64,000 bases of DNA from Octopus bimaculoides (GCF_001194135.2 NC_068985.1:118783195-118847194); one strand, 5' to 3'; positions 27,490 through 41,850 are shown, numbered from the stretch's first letter. Numbers and translations are program-made. The notes: generated by a model not told the origin, from the sequence alone.

Positions 27490-28040
27490 CTCTTTAGCAT
27501 TTAAACTGGCTATATCTGGCCAAAATTTCAACCAGTTTTATGTTCAAGTTGGCCAAATTTAGCCTCTCATACTCTACGCCACAATGTCATTCTAAGAATA
27601 AACAGTCACCTCATCAAAATCTTAAAGCTACGAGTTATAATATGTGATTAATTCAAAACTGAATAAATAAGCATTATCTTTGACAATAAAATCTGAATGC
27701 TAAAGCAGGGGTCGGGAAACTTTTTTAACCAATTACCAAAAATATATTTATCCATGACAATGTTACCTCCTTGATTTGATAGGAAGAAAATCATAGATTC
27801 TATTGAATTGAAAAGGTTTATTGAATTTATTTTATTGAATCTATTTATATGAATTTACTTACACATCCATTACATTGGACAGATGCAGTGTTGCCAGAAG
27901 AAAAATTTCTGTTGTAACAAGGAACATGTTTTTTTATATAATTTTATTTATGTCAAATGAATCCTCATTACCCCCAAGAATTTCATTTTTACCCCACTTA
28001 GAGTAATTTACCCTCGTTCACTGACCCCTGTGCTAAAGGG
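27490..28040. mobile_element. piggyBac-type MITE hosting the hAT MITE
   Basis: TTAA flanks; ends ctctttagcatt ... aatgctaaaggg. Confidence 0.75.
27706..28030. mobile_element. hAT-type MITE
   Basis: TIRs caggggtcgggaa / ttcactgacccctg; exact 8-bp TSD TGCTAAAG (27698-27705 and 28031-28038). Confidence 0.88.
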
Positions 28041-29655
28041 TTAATAAATGCTGATAGGGTAAAATTTAGCAGCTTAAAAACTATGTATTTTCTGCACCCC
28101 TGATTTTAATCTTGATTTTAGTAAATGAAATGAGAAGTGCTTTGTTTTGGAGTTTTACAGTATATGGCTTCTAATCTCAGAGGAAGGAGATTTAAAAATT
28201 GGTACTTTACTGTCTTCAAGGGTTGCTGCCAAACTGCAGTTTCATGGATGGCAGACTTAATCTATCAGTATCATTTGCCTGGATTATAAAAAAAAGATGA
28301 GATATAAATTATCTCCAAGCAACTTGATATGTTACTGGTATTGGTTTATCTCACATAACATTGCCAGATGATGTAGTGTCTATTCCCAACAGCCACATGA
28401 ATTGAAGTGTATAGAATTAAGTGTAGTGTCCAAATACAACAATGAAATAGACAATACACAAAAAAAGAAAACAGTTTTAGTGGAATAATAACTTGATACA
28501 AAAATATCATTGCAAAAAAAGAAGGAAAAAAAAAAAGAAACTAACCCAGTTTTCAATAGACACACCAATGGAAACAAGTCTTACACATGACCTATCACAT
28601 TATTGAATAACTGAACTGGGACATTACACAATACTAAGTACAAGCAAAAGTCTATTGTTGACATTCAAACTAAAAAAAATCCAATACAAATTAGAACTCG
28701 AAATGGTGAAGACAACATCATGCAAAACTTGGAACAGCAAAGTCTGAAATTTAGTGAAGAATACTTGAACTTTTTTCTTTTATATTATAAAAGAATACTG
28801 GATATTATTTACATAGAATGGGTGAAAAAAATAAAAACAGTTCTGTCAGAAAATCACAACGGAAAACAGCTAAAATTACAAGTAAATGTCATGCTTTAAT
28901 CTTTTTGATAGCAATCCACCTGAGACTACCTCCAGTTCTTTGATTTAAAAAATTGTCTGTTTTAAACTGTTCATATTTAAATTGAAAATTTCCAACATAA
29001 TTTTTATTATGTTGTAAACAGCAGCTTAATAATGAATAAAATTAGTTTGTTTACTAAATCCTTCCAAATGGAATACTATTCAGACATCTGGGATAGTGCA
29101 GCTGATGTACACAAGGGTATCCTAAACTGCATTTTGAAAAGATCACCCTTCTGATTTGTACCTGAGTTGCTCACAGACAAATTTCAATCTTTTGTACACA
29201 CTCTATCATCTGTTACAACATTGGCCTCTCCTCTTCAGAGCTGCCTGGTCTAGCAACACATCCACACAGACCCATGCATACACTTATTTGTTTAACTCTC
29301 ATAATCTATACAATATCTTCCCATATTGGTCCAGTACTAACACTACAGGATACCTCAAGATTCACCTTCCAGCCTTCTATTTCTGTTTTTTTTTTATGTT
29401 ATTACGGCAGTCATTGACTAGTAGATTTTTAACAAGAACATCAAATACTGACCTCAACTGTCTAGAAAAAAATCCTTAAAAATAAAATAATTTCTTGATT
29501 GCTTTGGTTTCAAATTTTGGCACAAGGCCAGCATGTTCGGGGGAGGGGGTTAAGTCAATTAAATCAACTCCAGTGCTCAACCAGTACTTATTTTATTGAC
29601 TCAAAAGGATGAAAGGCAAAGTTGACCTCACTGGAATTTGAACTCAGAACATAAA

Positions 29656-29694
<39 letters not shown>

Positions 29695-30155
29695 ATATGA
29701 TGGGCTTCTTTTAGTTTTCATGTACCAAATCCACTCACAAGGCTTTGGTCGACCCGAGACTGTAGTAGAAGACACTTGCCCAAGGTGCCATGCAGTGGGA
29801 CTNNNNNNNNNNNNNNNNNNNNNNNNNNNNNNNNNNNNNNNNNNNNNNNNNNNNNNNNNNNNNNNNNNNNNNNNNNNNNNNNNNNNNNNNNNNNNNNNNN
29901 NNNNNNNNNNNNNNNNNNNNNNNNNNNNNNNNNNNNNNNNNNNNNNNNNNNNNNNNNNNNNNNNNNNNNNNNNNNNNNNNNNNNNNNNNNNNNNNNNNNN
30001 NNNNNNNNNNNNNNNNNNNNNNNNNNNNNNNNNNNNNNNNNNNNNNNNNNNNNNNNNNNNNNNNNNNNNNNNNNNNNNNNNNNNNNNNNNNNNNNNNNNN
30101 NNNNNNNNNNNNNNNNNNNNNNNNNNNNNNNNNNNNNNNNNNNNNNNNNNNNNNN

Positions 30156-30202
<47 letters not shown>

Positions 30203-31129
30203 ACATATATATACATATATGCACACATGAATATATATATATTGAAGCAAACATATTTTGTATATGTATATGCTTACTAAATTAGGAAATTCTATTTATT
30301 GATGAAAGCTACAGGTAATAATTATTTTCTTAAAAGAAACATCTCAGACAAATTGTAATAACTTAATTAGTGAAGCTCAATTATTGTAAGGAAATTAACA
30401 CTATTTATGTTATAACTATTTTAGCTTCACAACTAACCAAATATTTTTGGGCATTTTTGCAGTTAATATTGTCATGTTTGTCATGTTTATAGTTAAACAT
30501 CTTTTAAATGTCAGAATTAAAATAGATTTCCTCCAGCTGAAGCTAAATCAATACTTATAAGACTTTACAAGAAAGAAAGAGAGAGAGAGAGAGAGAAAAT
30601 ATGAAGTAACGAAGATGAGAGTGAAAAAGTCAAATAGGGAGGTGAAAGATGGAGATGAGAAAAAGCAAAAGAATAAGAGAATAAGGAAAAAAAAAGTATG
30701 TGAGTGAATGAGAAAGAGGGTAATTGAGTGACATTGAGATTGAAAGATCATAAGGGTGAAAGAAGAACAAGGTAAGAGATGACGAGTGTTAGATAAAGTA
30801 GATAGGCAGAAAGATAGAGAGAGCTAGGATCTATTTCAAAACGGGGGCACCAGTTTTCATTTATGTTTTATGTNNNNNNNNNNNNNNNNNNNNNNNNNNN
30901 NNNNNNNNNNNNNNNNNNNNNNNNNNNNNNNNNNNNNNNNNNNNNNNNNNNNNNNNNNNNNNNNNNNNNNNNNCATAGAGAACATATCCTTCATCAGCTG
31001 CCACCATTAAAACACCAGCATTTTGAATATATATATATGCATTTGTATTTAGTGTATGAGTGTGTGTGTGTGGTGCACACCACATCACACAGAGGGTGAT
31101 GTGGTGTACCTAATGCAACAGTACTTGCA

Positions 31130-32110
31130 ATACACTTACTTATAGCTGTGACTGGTTAGTCCAAATGGTGAACTAGGAAGCAACCCTGTGTACAAGTTTT
31201 CTCTACCAAAACACAGCCTCTCTTCAATGAAGATTTCCTTTAGATGTACCCGCAGCCATAAATGGTAGCTAAGTGCTCTGCAGTTCCAGGGTAAGTCAGC
31301 TGGGGTTCTTGAAGCCATTTGTGGGCCAATTACAATGTAGGCGTACCCTGGTAGATTCAACAGTTGTGGAGAAATTTTGGGAAATGCCCATCAACCACCA
31401 CCTTGACAAACCAGGGATCTTTGCAGAAGTTAGTGCCACTATCAAAGTGGTAAAAGACACCTTGCGTATCTCTCTCCTCCTTGGTAGTCTATCACCTTGT
31501 ATGATTAGTAAATCTTTAATGTCTATCTTGTTGATGACATGTTGAAGTTCATTATAGAATTCTTCAGTGTCCATCATCAATTTTTGTTGTTGGGGCATAT
31601 ACATGTGCCTATGATGCTGAAAGGCTTTACCTCCAGGCAGTTGGTCATGAGCTTACTTGACACTGGTTGGCATCCTAGTAGGTAAGTAGAAACACATGAA
31701 GTGAACAAACTGAGAGAGAAATCTTCAGACAAAGAACTCCTATCATGCAAGTATTTTGATCTGTTAGTTTCTAACACTCTAAGGAAGCTTGTCCCATATA
31801 AGTCATGACTCCTATGTGTCTTCTTAGTATAGTGTTCTTGGTAGTTTGTTGACCTGAAACCCTTTATCATTTTCATGACTTCTCTATAATACACATCCTT
31901 CTTCAGTCTGTGTTCCTCCGCTGTTCTTCCATCTGGTAACACAGAGCCTGAGGAAGAACCAGTAAATTCCTTTAGTTTCTCCATTCTGATTAATTTTCTT
32001 ATCTTCCAAGTAGTAATCATAAGACTCTCTTAAGGATCTCACCTAACAGGTCACTAGTAGCATACTTACTGTCTCCGCCTTGGTGAGAGATGCATAGTAC
32101 AATCATTATT
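31130..32110 (-). mobile_element. Decayed RTE-clade LINE, apurinic endonuclease region
   Basis: ITTWKIRKL (cf. IGTWNVRTL), LGCQPVSSKLMT..EVKPFSI (cf. LGCRPVSSRLIT..PFNIT), EEFYNELQHVINKIDIKDLLIIQGD; frameshifted. Confidence 0.8.
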
Positions 32111-33446
32111 AACGTGGGTTGTAACTGGTCTAGTATGGAATTACTTAAAAAGCTCTGAGGAAAATTATTACTTTCGAGCGGGGGGGGGGGGGAGCTACCT
32201 CTAATTGACTGTTGTTAATTAGGGGTAGCTTACCACCCATTGATTCAGCTGACATGCAGAAAGATCATGAGGGGGTGGCATTTATGCAGTATTAGTGGGT
32301 AAATAACTTTTATGAAGTCAATGACGAGGCAAAAATAAAACAAAAGAATAATTCCCTCACTGGACTGTAACAATCTTGTATTTGTGACCAAGATGAGTTA
32401 CCTTGTAGGCAGTAATTGGGTGTGGTTAAACCAGAGAGTGGGGGGAGGTCTTCACTAGATTTTTATGCCCAAGGCATGCTATATAATAATAATGAGCATA
32501 TATATTAGATGTGTGTATGTGTGTGTGTGTGTGTGTATGTTTGTGTGTGGTGTGTGTGTTATCAATGATAGAGGTCTATCTCAGTGTATGTGTGTGAGCT
32601 CATGTACAAGATCATATGCATGATAGTTATTTTTTGCTTTTTCACATGTTAAGTCTGGAGGAAGAGAGTCCCTCTGAGACTGGTAACCTTGGTGCCATTA
32701 ATGTTCCATTTAAACTATTATAGGCCAATACACACAAGAAATAAAAGAACATGAGCAGGTAAGTACATTTGTGTGTGTAAGCGTGTGTATGACTGTGTGT
32801 GTTCATGGTAGACCTTTGTCTTTGTGTGGGCATATAAATGTGTGTATATGTGTAAGAGTGTCTGGAAGATGCTTGTCTTTGTGATGCTAGTGTGTGTGTT
32901 AGTGTACAAGATGTACAGGTAAGTATGCGTTATATGTATGCATAATGTCTGCATGTGGATGTCTCTTGGCGTGTATTTGTTTCAGTTTATGTATGTGAAT
33001 TGCAGACACCTGCCTGTGTGCGCATGAGTTTGTATGTCTATGCATATACATGTGATGTGTATACATATATGGATATGTGTGTGGGTATGTATATATGTGG
33101 GTGTGTGATTGTGTTTCAGTGTGAACATATACTTATCTGTTTGTATGTATGAATGTACGTATACATAAGTGTGTGTGTTTGTGTGTTGTGCTTATGATAG
33201 ATGCATGGGTGCATATATTTATATTTGTGTGTGTGTGTTGTGCACATCATAGTGTCTGTCTCAATGTATATATGTCAGTGGTAGCTGTGTACCTATGTAT
33301 ATGAGTGTATGTGTGTGCATGTGTACATATATATCTGTGCAGATGTCTGACTATATATATGCCACCAGGTTCTGTGTGAGAATTGTATGATGTGAAATCT
33401 ATTATATGTTTATGTGGTCGTGCGTAAGTGTGTGTGTGTGTGTGTC

Positions 33447-33497
<51 letters not shown>

Positions 33498-34372
33498 TGC
33501 ATGTGTAGTAGTGTAGTGTTGAAAATCAGCAGTTAGTTATATTTACTGTCTAGAGAAATAGTCCTGGCTGTTTACAACAACAGATCTATTGATGAATATA
33601 ATAAACAAGTTAATAATGGGGAATGTTTTCCTCTTCTGCTAAATCTATTATAAACATAATACAGAAAGATTTGACAGTCTCTAATTACTATCGCTGCATC
33701 ACTGAAAACTGGGTTTCTAGATTTGCATGTACCACATTTCAGGTAATCACCTTTGTTAATTGTCTTTTGGGTCCTCATTTAACTGCACTTTAAGCTTTGT
33801 AGAGTACACATGCAGAAAACAAAAACAAAACAAAAAAAAAAACAAAAACAGACATAAGAGTTTTCTCTTTAGGAACATACAGACATTGCAAGTAAAAGTT
33901 GTCAATTAGAATATAAAAGGACATAAAAAATAATAATTCTTTCTACTATAGATACAAAGCCTGAAATTTTGGGGTTGAGCTAGTTGATTACATAAACTCC
34001 AGTGCATAAGTGGTACTTATTTCATCGACCCCGAAAGGACGAAAGGCAAAGTTGACCTCAGCGGAATTTGAACTCAGAACATAGCAGCTGACAAAATACT
34101 GCTGAGCATTTCACCTGGTTTGCGAATAACTCTGCCAACTTGCTGTCTTTTCTGTCAGCTCCCCATAGGTATAAGGCCTGAAATTTTGGGGGAAGGGGCT
34201 AGTTGATCATATGAATCCCAGTGCTCAACTGGTACTTATTTTATCAACCCTGAAAGGATGAAAAGCAAAGTCAACCTTGGTGGAATTTGAACTCAGAACA
34301 TAAGGCACTGAGAGAATTGCTGCTAAGCATTTTGTTCCCACATATTATCAATTCTGGCAGACTGCTGTCTTA

Positions 34373-34425
<53 letters not shown>

Positions 34426-34430
34426 TAATA

Positions 34431-34970
34431 ATTCTCTGGGACTTCCCCGTACATACTGACAAAACTATAAAAGCTAATAAACCGGATATTATTATAAAAG
34501 ATCAGATAAAGAAGATGTGTTTATCAATTGACGTGAATATTCGTTGCGATCATAATATAGCGGCAAAAGAATTTGACAAGATCAGTAAATATAAAGACTT
34601 GCTAATAGAAATTGAAAAATGTGGCACCTCTAGGCAACTACCGTACCAGTGATTGTAGGATCTCTAGGAATGATAAAAAAAAGGTACTGAAACCTATTTG
34701 AAAATGACACCAGGATTACCATCCCTACAGGAAGTGCAAAAAATCATGTTAACTGGAACAACTCATGTACTGAGAAGAGCATTATCGCTGTGAAAACAAC
34801 ATCCATTCATGAATTTATTTATTTATTAATTTTTTTTAAATACATATTTTACCTGTGAATTTGCATGTGTAAACTGGGAATGCATACAATGAACTTCTCT
34901 GCCCTAGGTGTACGGAAAACACTCGGCGAGAAATGGAAGAAAATTTGAAGAAAGAAGAAAAAAAAGCAAC
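34431..34970 (+). mobile_element. R4/Dong-like non-LTR retrotransposon 3' fragment
   Basis: ILWDFPVHTDKTIKANKPDIIIKD...IDVNIRCDHNIAAKEFDKISKYKDLLIEIEK...VPVIVGSLGMIKK...LTGTTHVLRRALSL*. Has the PD..D..K endonuclease motif; starts directly at (AAT)n and ends at ataataataat. Confidence 0.88.
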
Positions 34971-37179
34971 ATAATAATAATAATCCTTTCTACTATAAGT
35001 ACAAGGCCTGATATTTAGGGGAGGGGGTAAGTCGATTATATTAATCCCAGTGCTCAACTGGTACCTAATTTATCAACCCTGAAAAAATGAAAAACGAAAC
35101 TGACTTTGATGGAATTTGAACTCAGAATGTAGTGGCAGACGAAATATCGCTAAGCATTTTGCACAGCATTCTAATGGTTCTGCCAACAATAGTAACAATA
35201 ATTATGATGATGTTAACGATGGCTTCAAATTTTGATGCAAGGCCAGCAGTTGAAGGGAAAGGGTTAAGTTTATTATATCGACTCCGACACTCAACAGGTA
35301 TTTACTTTATCAACCTTCAAGAAGGATAAAAGGCAAAGTTGACCTTGGCAGAACTTTGAACTCAGAACACAAAAAATTAGAAATTTTTTGAAACATTTTG
35401 TCTGATATGTTAACAACAACAACGGTTTCAAATTTGAGCACAAGGCCAACAGTTTTAGAAGAAGAGCAAATTGATTACATCGATGCCAGTGTTCAACTGA
35501 TACTTTATTTTATCAACCCTGAAAAAACATAAAATGCCAAGTTGGCCATTGGTAGAATTTGAATACAAAAGAAATATTGTGAAACATTTGGTCTGATAGG
35601 TTAATGATTGTACTGCAGCAACAGCAACACCAACAACAACAATGACAATGATGGCCACTCCTGTTGATTTCGATGTATGAGTGTTTAAAGGAAAGGATTA
35701 AAAAAAATAGTAAAAAAAGAAATGGATTAAAGAAAAGAAGCTGCATCTATTTGCAATGGATGCATGAATGTAATTAGAGTCACAGTGTTATGGAGTCACA
35801 ATGGGGACAATGGTTCTGATTTTGCCTGGGATTGGACAAATGTGTCTACTGATTGCAAGATATAATTCTTTTATTGTTCTTTTTCTTCAACTCAAATTAT
35901 TTAGATGCATCATGACATATTTTACACCATTCAGACCAACCTAGACGGTAATTTTCCACAAGACATTAAATGAAGCTGTAGGGATGTTAGTGATTGCTTC
36001 AACTAATCCCTATACCTTAGCAGGGGTCCTCTTTTAATGTAGAATCCCTCTACTTGTTGGCTATACAAAACAGTTTTCAGAATGCAATCTCCTTGCATTC
36101 AAACAACATGTCTTACCCATCTGCTCTGAATTTTCAACAGCATGCTTTCAATACTGGAGATATCACATTTAAAAAAAATATTTGGTATTTGATATCTTAT
36201 CTTGCCATTTTATATTGCAGATATAATAATAATAGCAGCAGCAACAACAACAACAATAGCAATAACAATTCTTTCTTTATAGAAACAATAACACAATTGC
36301 TACCCAACAAGTAACTCAATGCACAATATGAATTTTACTTAATCAACACCCAATAATATAACACATTTTATACCCGACCAATAAAGTTACTCAGCACGTT
36401 TTTTTACACAATTGACACCCAATAATACAATGCAACCTATATAACATATATTCTATAAAACCACCATCTGCGACTTAAATACATAACATAACACATAAAC
36501 ACATACTCCAGACAATTATCACCCAATGAAATAACGCAACTCATATATTCTGCAACAATATACTAATGAAACACTGAAGTAACCTCAGATACAACATAAC
36601 AAAACCCATTCCAAAGCAAGACATTTGGAGCATATAGACATAGTCGCAGGTGTGACTGTGTGGTAAGAAGCTTGCTTCTCAACCACATAATTCCAGGTTC
36701 AGTCCCACAGCATAGCACCTCAGGCAAGTGTCTTCTACTATAGCCTCAGGCCAATCAAAGTCATGTAAGTGGTTTTGATAGATGGAAACTGAAAGAAGCC
36801 TGTCGTGTGTATATATATATATATGTGTGTGTGTATGTGTATATATATATATATATATANNNNNNNNNNCACTGAAGTAACCTCAGATACAACATAACAA
36901 AACCCATTCCAAAGCAAGACATTTGGAGCATATAGACATAGTCGCAGGTGTGACTGTGTGGTAAGAAGCTTGCTTCTCAACCACATAATTCCAGGTTCAG
37001 TCCCACAGCATAGCACCTCAGGCAAGTGTCTTCTACTATAGCCTTGGGCCAACCAAAGCTTTGTGAGTGGATTTGGTAGACGGAAACTGAAAGAAGCCCG
37101 TCGTATATAATATATCATCATCATCATCATTTAACGTCCGTTTTCCATGCTGGCATGGGTTGGACGGAAAGTATGAGAT

Positions 37180-37297
37180 GCTTACAGCACCTATGTTTCC
37201 CAAGTGGTCACCCATCTAAGAATTCACTAGGTTCAATGTTGCTTAACTTTGTTGATCAGACGAGAACTGGTGCTTTCAGCATGATATGGCTGTAAGC
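37180..37297 (-). pseudogene. Full-length diverged 5S rRNA copy
   Basis: Reverse complement gcttacagccatatcatgctgaaagcaccagttctcgtctgatcaacaaagttaagcaacattgaacctagtgaattcttagatgggtgaccacttgggaaacataggtgctgtaagc (118 nt) is colinear with metazoan 5S. Box A (agttaagc) and box C (gatgggtgacc) are recognisable; many substitutions; no oligo-T terminator. Confidence 0.88.
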
Positions 37298-38944
37298 TAG
37301 AAAAGGCCATAAGTATATGTATATATTTATGTATGTGTGTCTTTGTGTCTCTGTTTGACACCCCACCATTGTTTGACAACTGATGTTGGTGTGTTTGCGT
37401 CCCTGTGACTAAGTAGTTTGGCAAAAGAAGGCTGATAGAATAAGTACTTGACTCACAAAGACTAGGTCCTGGGGTTGATTTCTTCAACTAAAAAGGAGTG
37501 AACTAGTTAATTACATCGACCCCAGTACTCAACTAGTACTTATTTTATTGATCCTCAAAGGATGAAAGGCAAAGTCAACCTAAGCAGAATTTGATCTCAG
37601 AATGTGAAGACAGACAAAAAATACTGTTAAGCATTTCGCCTGGCATGCTAATGATTGCTTGCCCTTTAATACATGATAATAATTAATCATTTCTAACATA
37701 AGCAAAGAGCCAGAAATTTAGGAAAAGTGGTCAGTCAAATAAAACTGTTTCCAGCTCTTGAATAATACTTCAATTTATGGACTTTTGAAAGATAAAAGGC
37801 AAAGGCGACACTAGTGAGATTTGAACTCATAATGTTAAGAGCTAGAAAAAGTACTTGATGGTGTTCTTGTCTGATGCTCTAATGATACTGCCAACTCACT
37901 GCCTTATTCCATGTTAATCCTTTCTGTCATAGGCACAAGGCTTGAAACATTTTAGGGAAGGGTTACATCTATTTCAGTACCCAACTGGTTCTTATTTTAT
38001 TGATCCCAAAAGGACGAAAGGCAAAAAAAACATGAGCAGAATTTGAACTCAGAATGTTGGGATGGACAAAATATCACTAAACATTTTGTCTGGTGTGTTA
38101 ACAACTCTACCAGCTCACTGCCTTGTTCCATATTAATAATCTGTTCTATCATAGGCACAAGACCTGAAATTTTGTGGGAGGGGCTGGTCAATTACCTCGA
38201 CCCCAGTGCTCAACTGATACTTATTTCATCGACCCTGAAAATATGAAAGGCAAAGCCGACTTTGGTAGAATTTGAACTCAGAATGTAAAGATGGACAAAA
38301 TGCCGCTAAGCATTTTGCTTGTCTTTATATGGAAATCTTTGAGAAATTTGTCCAAATACAATGGTGTTGGTTTGGATGTTTATTTCTTCAGTTTGGACTT
38401 TTAACCTGAAACTGGGAAAAAAAAAAAAAATTGTGTAACTAAACATCGGTATACAATTAACATAATTCAGAAACTGTGATGCTTCCTGTATTATTGAATC
38501 TTGAGGCCTTGATTTTAGAATATTTCATGTCAGACCATATAAAACTATAGAAAGATTTGAAACTAAATTCACCTGTTGCTTGAAGTGTTCTTTCTCATTT
38601 AGTCAACATACTCTCCCAAAGCAAGACTTTAAATTAAGTATGCTGCTGTTGTTTAGCTACAAGTTAGGTCTGATCAAGCAGACGTATGAGTAACACAATT
38701 CCAGTTGTGATCATCTTGTCTTTTTGTTTCAGGTATAGTATATTGAGAGATCAAATATGTCCTGTTGCGTTTTTTAAGACAACAAATAAAAGCCAATGAA
38801 AATGTAGCTGCTATTTCTAGCATGAAGTTTGATTGTATAGGGGTTCCCTCATTGACTTGAGTTTCATTGCATTTACTGCTAGTAAATTGTCATGAAAGAT
38901 CTCTGCAGGACAATCATAACACTGGTGATTTATTTTCAACTGAT

Positions 38945-39100
38945 AAAATTGGTGTTAGGAAGGGCATCCAGCTGTAGAAACTCTGCCAAATCAGATTGGA
39001 GCCTGGTGTTGCCATCCGGTTTCACCAGTCCTCAGTCAAATCGTCCAACCCATGCTAGCATGGAAGGCGGACGTTAAACGATGATGATGATGATGATGAA
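38945..39100 (+). mobile_element. SINE family C 3' part (tail ...gcatggaaggcggacgttaaacgatgatgat), representative copy
   Basis: ggtgttaggaagggcatccagctgtagaaac...ccaacccatgctagcatgg...(GAT)n. Other copies at about 3050-3230(+), 13310-13520(-), 16320-16420(-), 24170-24305(-), 25565-25700(-), 54150-54480(-). Confidence 0.85.
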
Positions 39101-41164
39101 AATTATCTTTGTGATTGAGATAAAAACAGTAACCTATCACATTTTTCAGTAATTACTTCTTTAAACATGAAGGCAAATTTTAGAGCTGGGTGGTATGAGT
39201 CAACTGAATCAATCCCATCATGAAACTGACATTTATTTGATCAGTCCTAGAGAGGTGTTTTGCTAAGATGATAAACACATCTCCTTTGCTATCTCTTCAG
39301 AAAATTTCTCACTCCACCAAATCCTCTGCTTTTGACCTAAGAACATCAACAAAAACTAAGAAAAGCTTTCACATCATGAATCAAGATTTATTGGCTAGAG
39401 TCATGCCTCAAGGGAATTCAAAAATCAAGCATTTGAAATCCCAGAGACCAAGTGCTGAATATGCTGTGGTATGATGTAAACTTGGAGTAATGTCATGATC
39501 AGCTGAGCAATGGAGCACTTGTATCTGTCACTGTAAAGTACTCTCTCTCTTTACTCTCTCTTTTACTTGTTTCAGTGATTTGACTGCGGCCATGCTGGAG
39601 CACCGCCTTTAGTTGAATCAAATCGACCCCAGGACTTATTCTTTGTAAGCCTAGTACTTATTCTATCGGTCTCTTTTTGCCGAACAGCTAAGTTACAGGG
39701 ACGTAAACACACAAGCATCGGTTGTCAAGCAATGTGGGAGGGGACAAACACAGACACACAAACATATATATATATATATATATAGATATATATATNNNNN
39801 NNNNNNNNNNNNNNNNNNATATATACGATGGGCTTCTTTCAGTTTCCGTCTACCAAATCCACTCACAAGGCTTTGGTCGGCGCGAGGCTATAGAAGAAGA
39901 CACTTGCCCAAGGTGCCACGCAGTGGGACTGAACCCGGAACCATGTAGTTGGTAAGCAAGCTACTTACCACACAGCCACTCCTGTGCCTATGTAAAGTTT
40001 TATGCTAAAAGGTGATATTTTCTTTGATTAAAACCTGCTTACAGTGAGCTGGGTATATTACCGTTCTTGAGGATTGAAGATAGTCAGAGAATACACAAAA
40101 TACTGTCAGCAAAGAGAGGATACCTATGTGCAGGTGGCAGTTATTTGAAGAACAATCCATCAAGGAAAAATATATCGAAATGGTAAACTCAATATCACAA
40201 CATTGCTGTTGTTGTTTCACCTCAGTTAACCCTGATTAAGAACATCTATGATCAAATGCATTCCAACAATGTCCATCCAGGCATCTAGAACCACATCAGG
40301 CATCTACAACCACATTATCCATTATGTTCTTCATGGTATACTATAAGAGAGATTTAGCTGCTACATTTAGCTGGTTTCATGATCACATATGAGACTCTTC
40401 GTTGGCGTGCATCCACAATGGTTTACTACTGAGTTGAGTTGTTAACTGCCTAGACAACTGTATGTACTGTCTGCCACCAGAATTTACAAATATATTCTAT
40501 AGACAGAGCAGCAAAGTGAATGCAGTATATCTTGACTGCTTTGAAGCATGAGTCCAGAGAACATTGGAGTACTGCATATCTGAAGTTACAAGTATTACTT
40601 TGCTTATCTTGTCTTGTACCTCAACTTCTAAAGGAGCCATAGAAGCACTATCATGACATATTGACTTGTTTTAGGTATTGACTACACCAATTTCTAACAC
40701 TCTGAGAGAAAGAGAGATACAAACATATGATAATGATGATTTAGGCACTGGTCCAGCAATTTTGAGTGGGTTTAGGGTGTTTGTCAACTCTGTTGACCCA
40801 GTTCTTCACTGGCCCTTTATTTTATCAACCCGAGAGGAATGAAATGCAAAGGTGACCTTGGTGTGATTTGAACTTAGAATGTAAAGTGCCTGAATACTGC
40901 AATGCATTTTTTGTGACACTCTAATGATTCTATCAGCTTGCTGCCCTAATAATGATTTCAAATTTTGGTAGAAGGCCACCAATTTCGGGAGGAGGAGATA
41001 AGTTGATTACATCGACTCCCCCAGCACTCAACTGGTACTTATTTTATTGACCCCGGTTCAATAGAACTTTATCAGTCCCAGCCTGAAATGCTTTTAATTC
41101 CTAATCTTCTTAACCTGGGTAGCAACAACAGCAACAACAACAGCAGCTGCTGCTGTTGTTAATG

Positions 41165-41198
<34 letters not shown>

Positions 41199-41814
41199 CA
41201 CTACCACCACCACCACTACTACTACCACTACCACCACCACCACCACAACCACCACCACTACCATCACCACCACTACCATCACCACCACNNNNNNNNNNNN
41301 NNNNNNNNNNNNNNNNNNNNNNNNNNNNNNNNNNNNNNNNNNNNNNNNNNNNNNNNNNNNNNNNNNNNNNNNNNNNNNNNNNNNNNNNNNNNNNNNNNNN
41401 NNNNNNNNNNNNNNNNNNNNNNNNNNNNNNNNNNNNNNNNNNNNNNNNNNNNNNNNNNNNNNNNNNNNNNNNNNNNNNNNNNNNNNNNNNNNNNNNNNNN
41501 NNNNNNNNNNNNNNNNNNNNNNNNNNNNNNNNNNNNNNNNNNNNNNNNNNNNNNNNNNNNNNNNNNNNNNNNNNNNNNNNNNNNNNNNNNNNNNNNNNNN
41601 NNNNNNNNNNNNNNGTATTGGCAAAGAGGAAAACATTTGCTTCATTTGTTTTCACTACTAAATTGATTTGTTTCAGACAAATTGTATTTTTTAATCAGCC
41701 ATCAATTGTGTGTGTGAGTGTGTGTGTGTGTGTGTGTGAGAGTGTGTGTGTGTGTGTGAGAGAGAGAGTGTGTGTGAGTATATATGTTATTAGAAATAAA
41801 ATCAAAAGAAATAA

Positions 41815-41850
<36 letters not shown>

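Noticed and set aside
36572-37100. Apparent tandem duplication (36572-36859 versus 36870 onward)
   Set aside because: The copies are identical for about 170 bp and separated by a 10-N gap after a (TA)n run; most likely unmerged contig overlap or haplotypes.
40430-40700. Minus-strand pyrimidine tract plus AG followed by complex sequence
   Set aside because: All three frames hit stops within about 50 nt.
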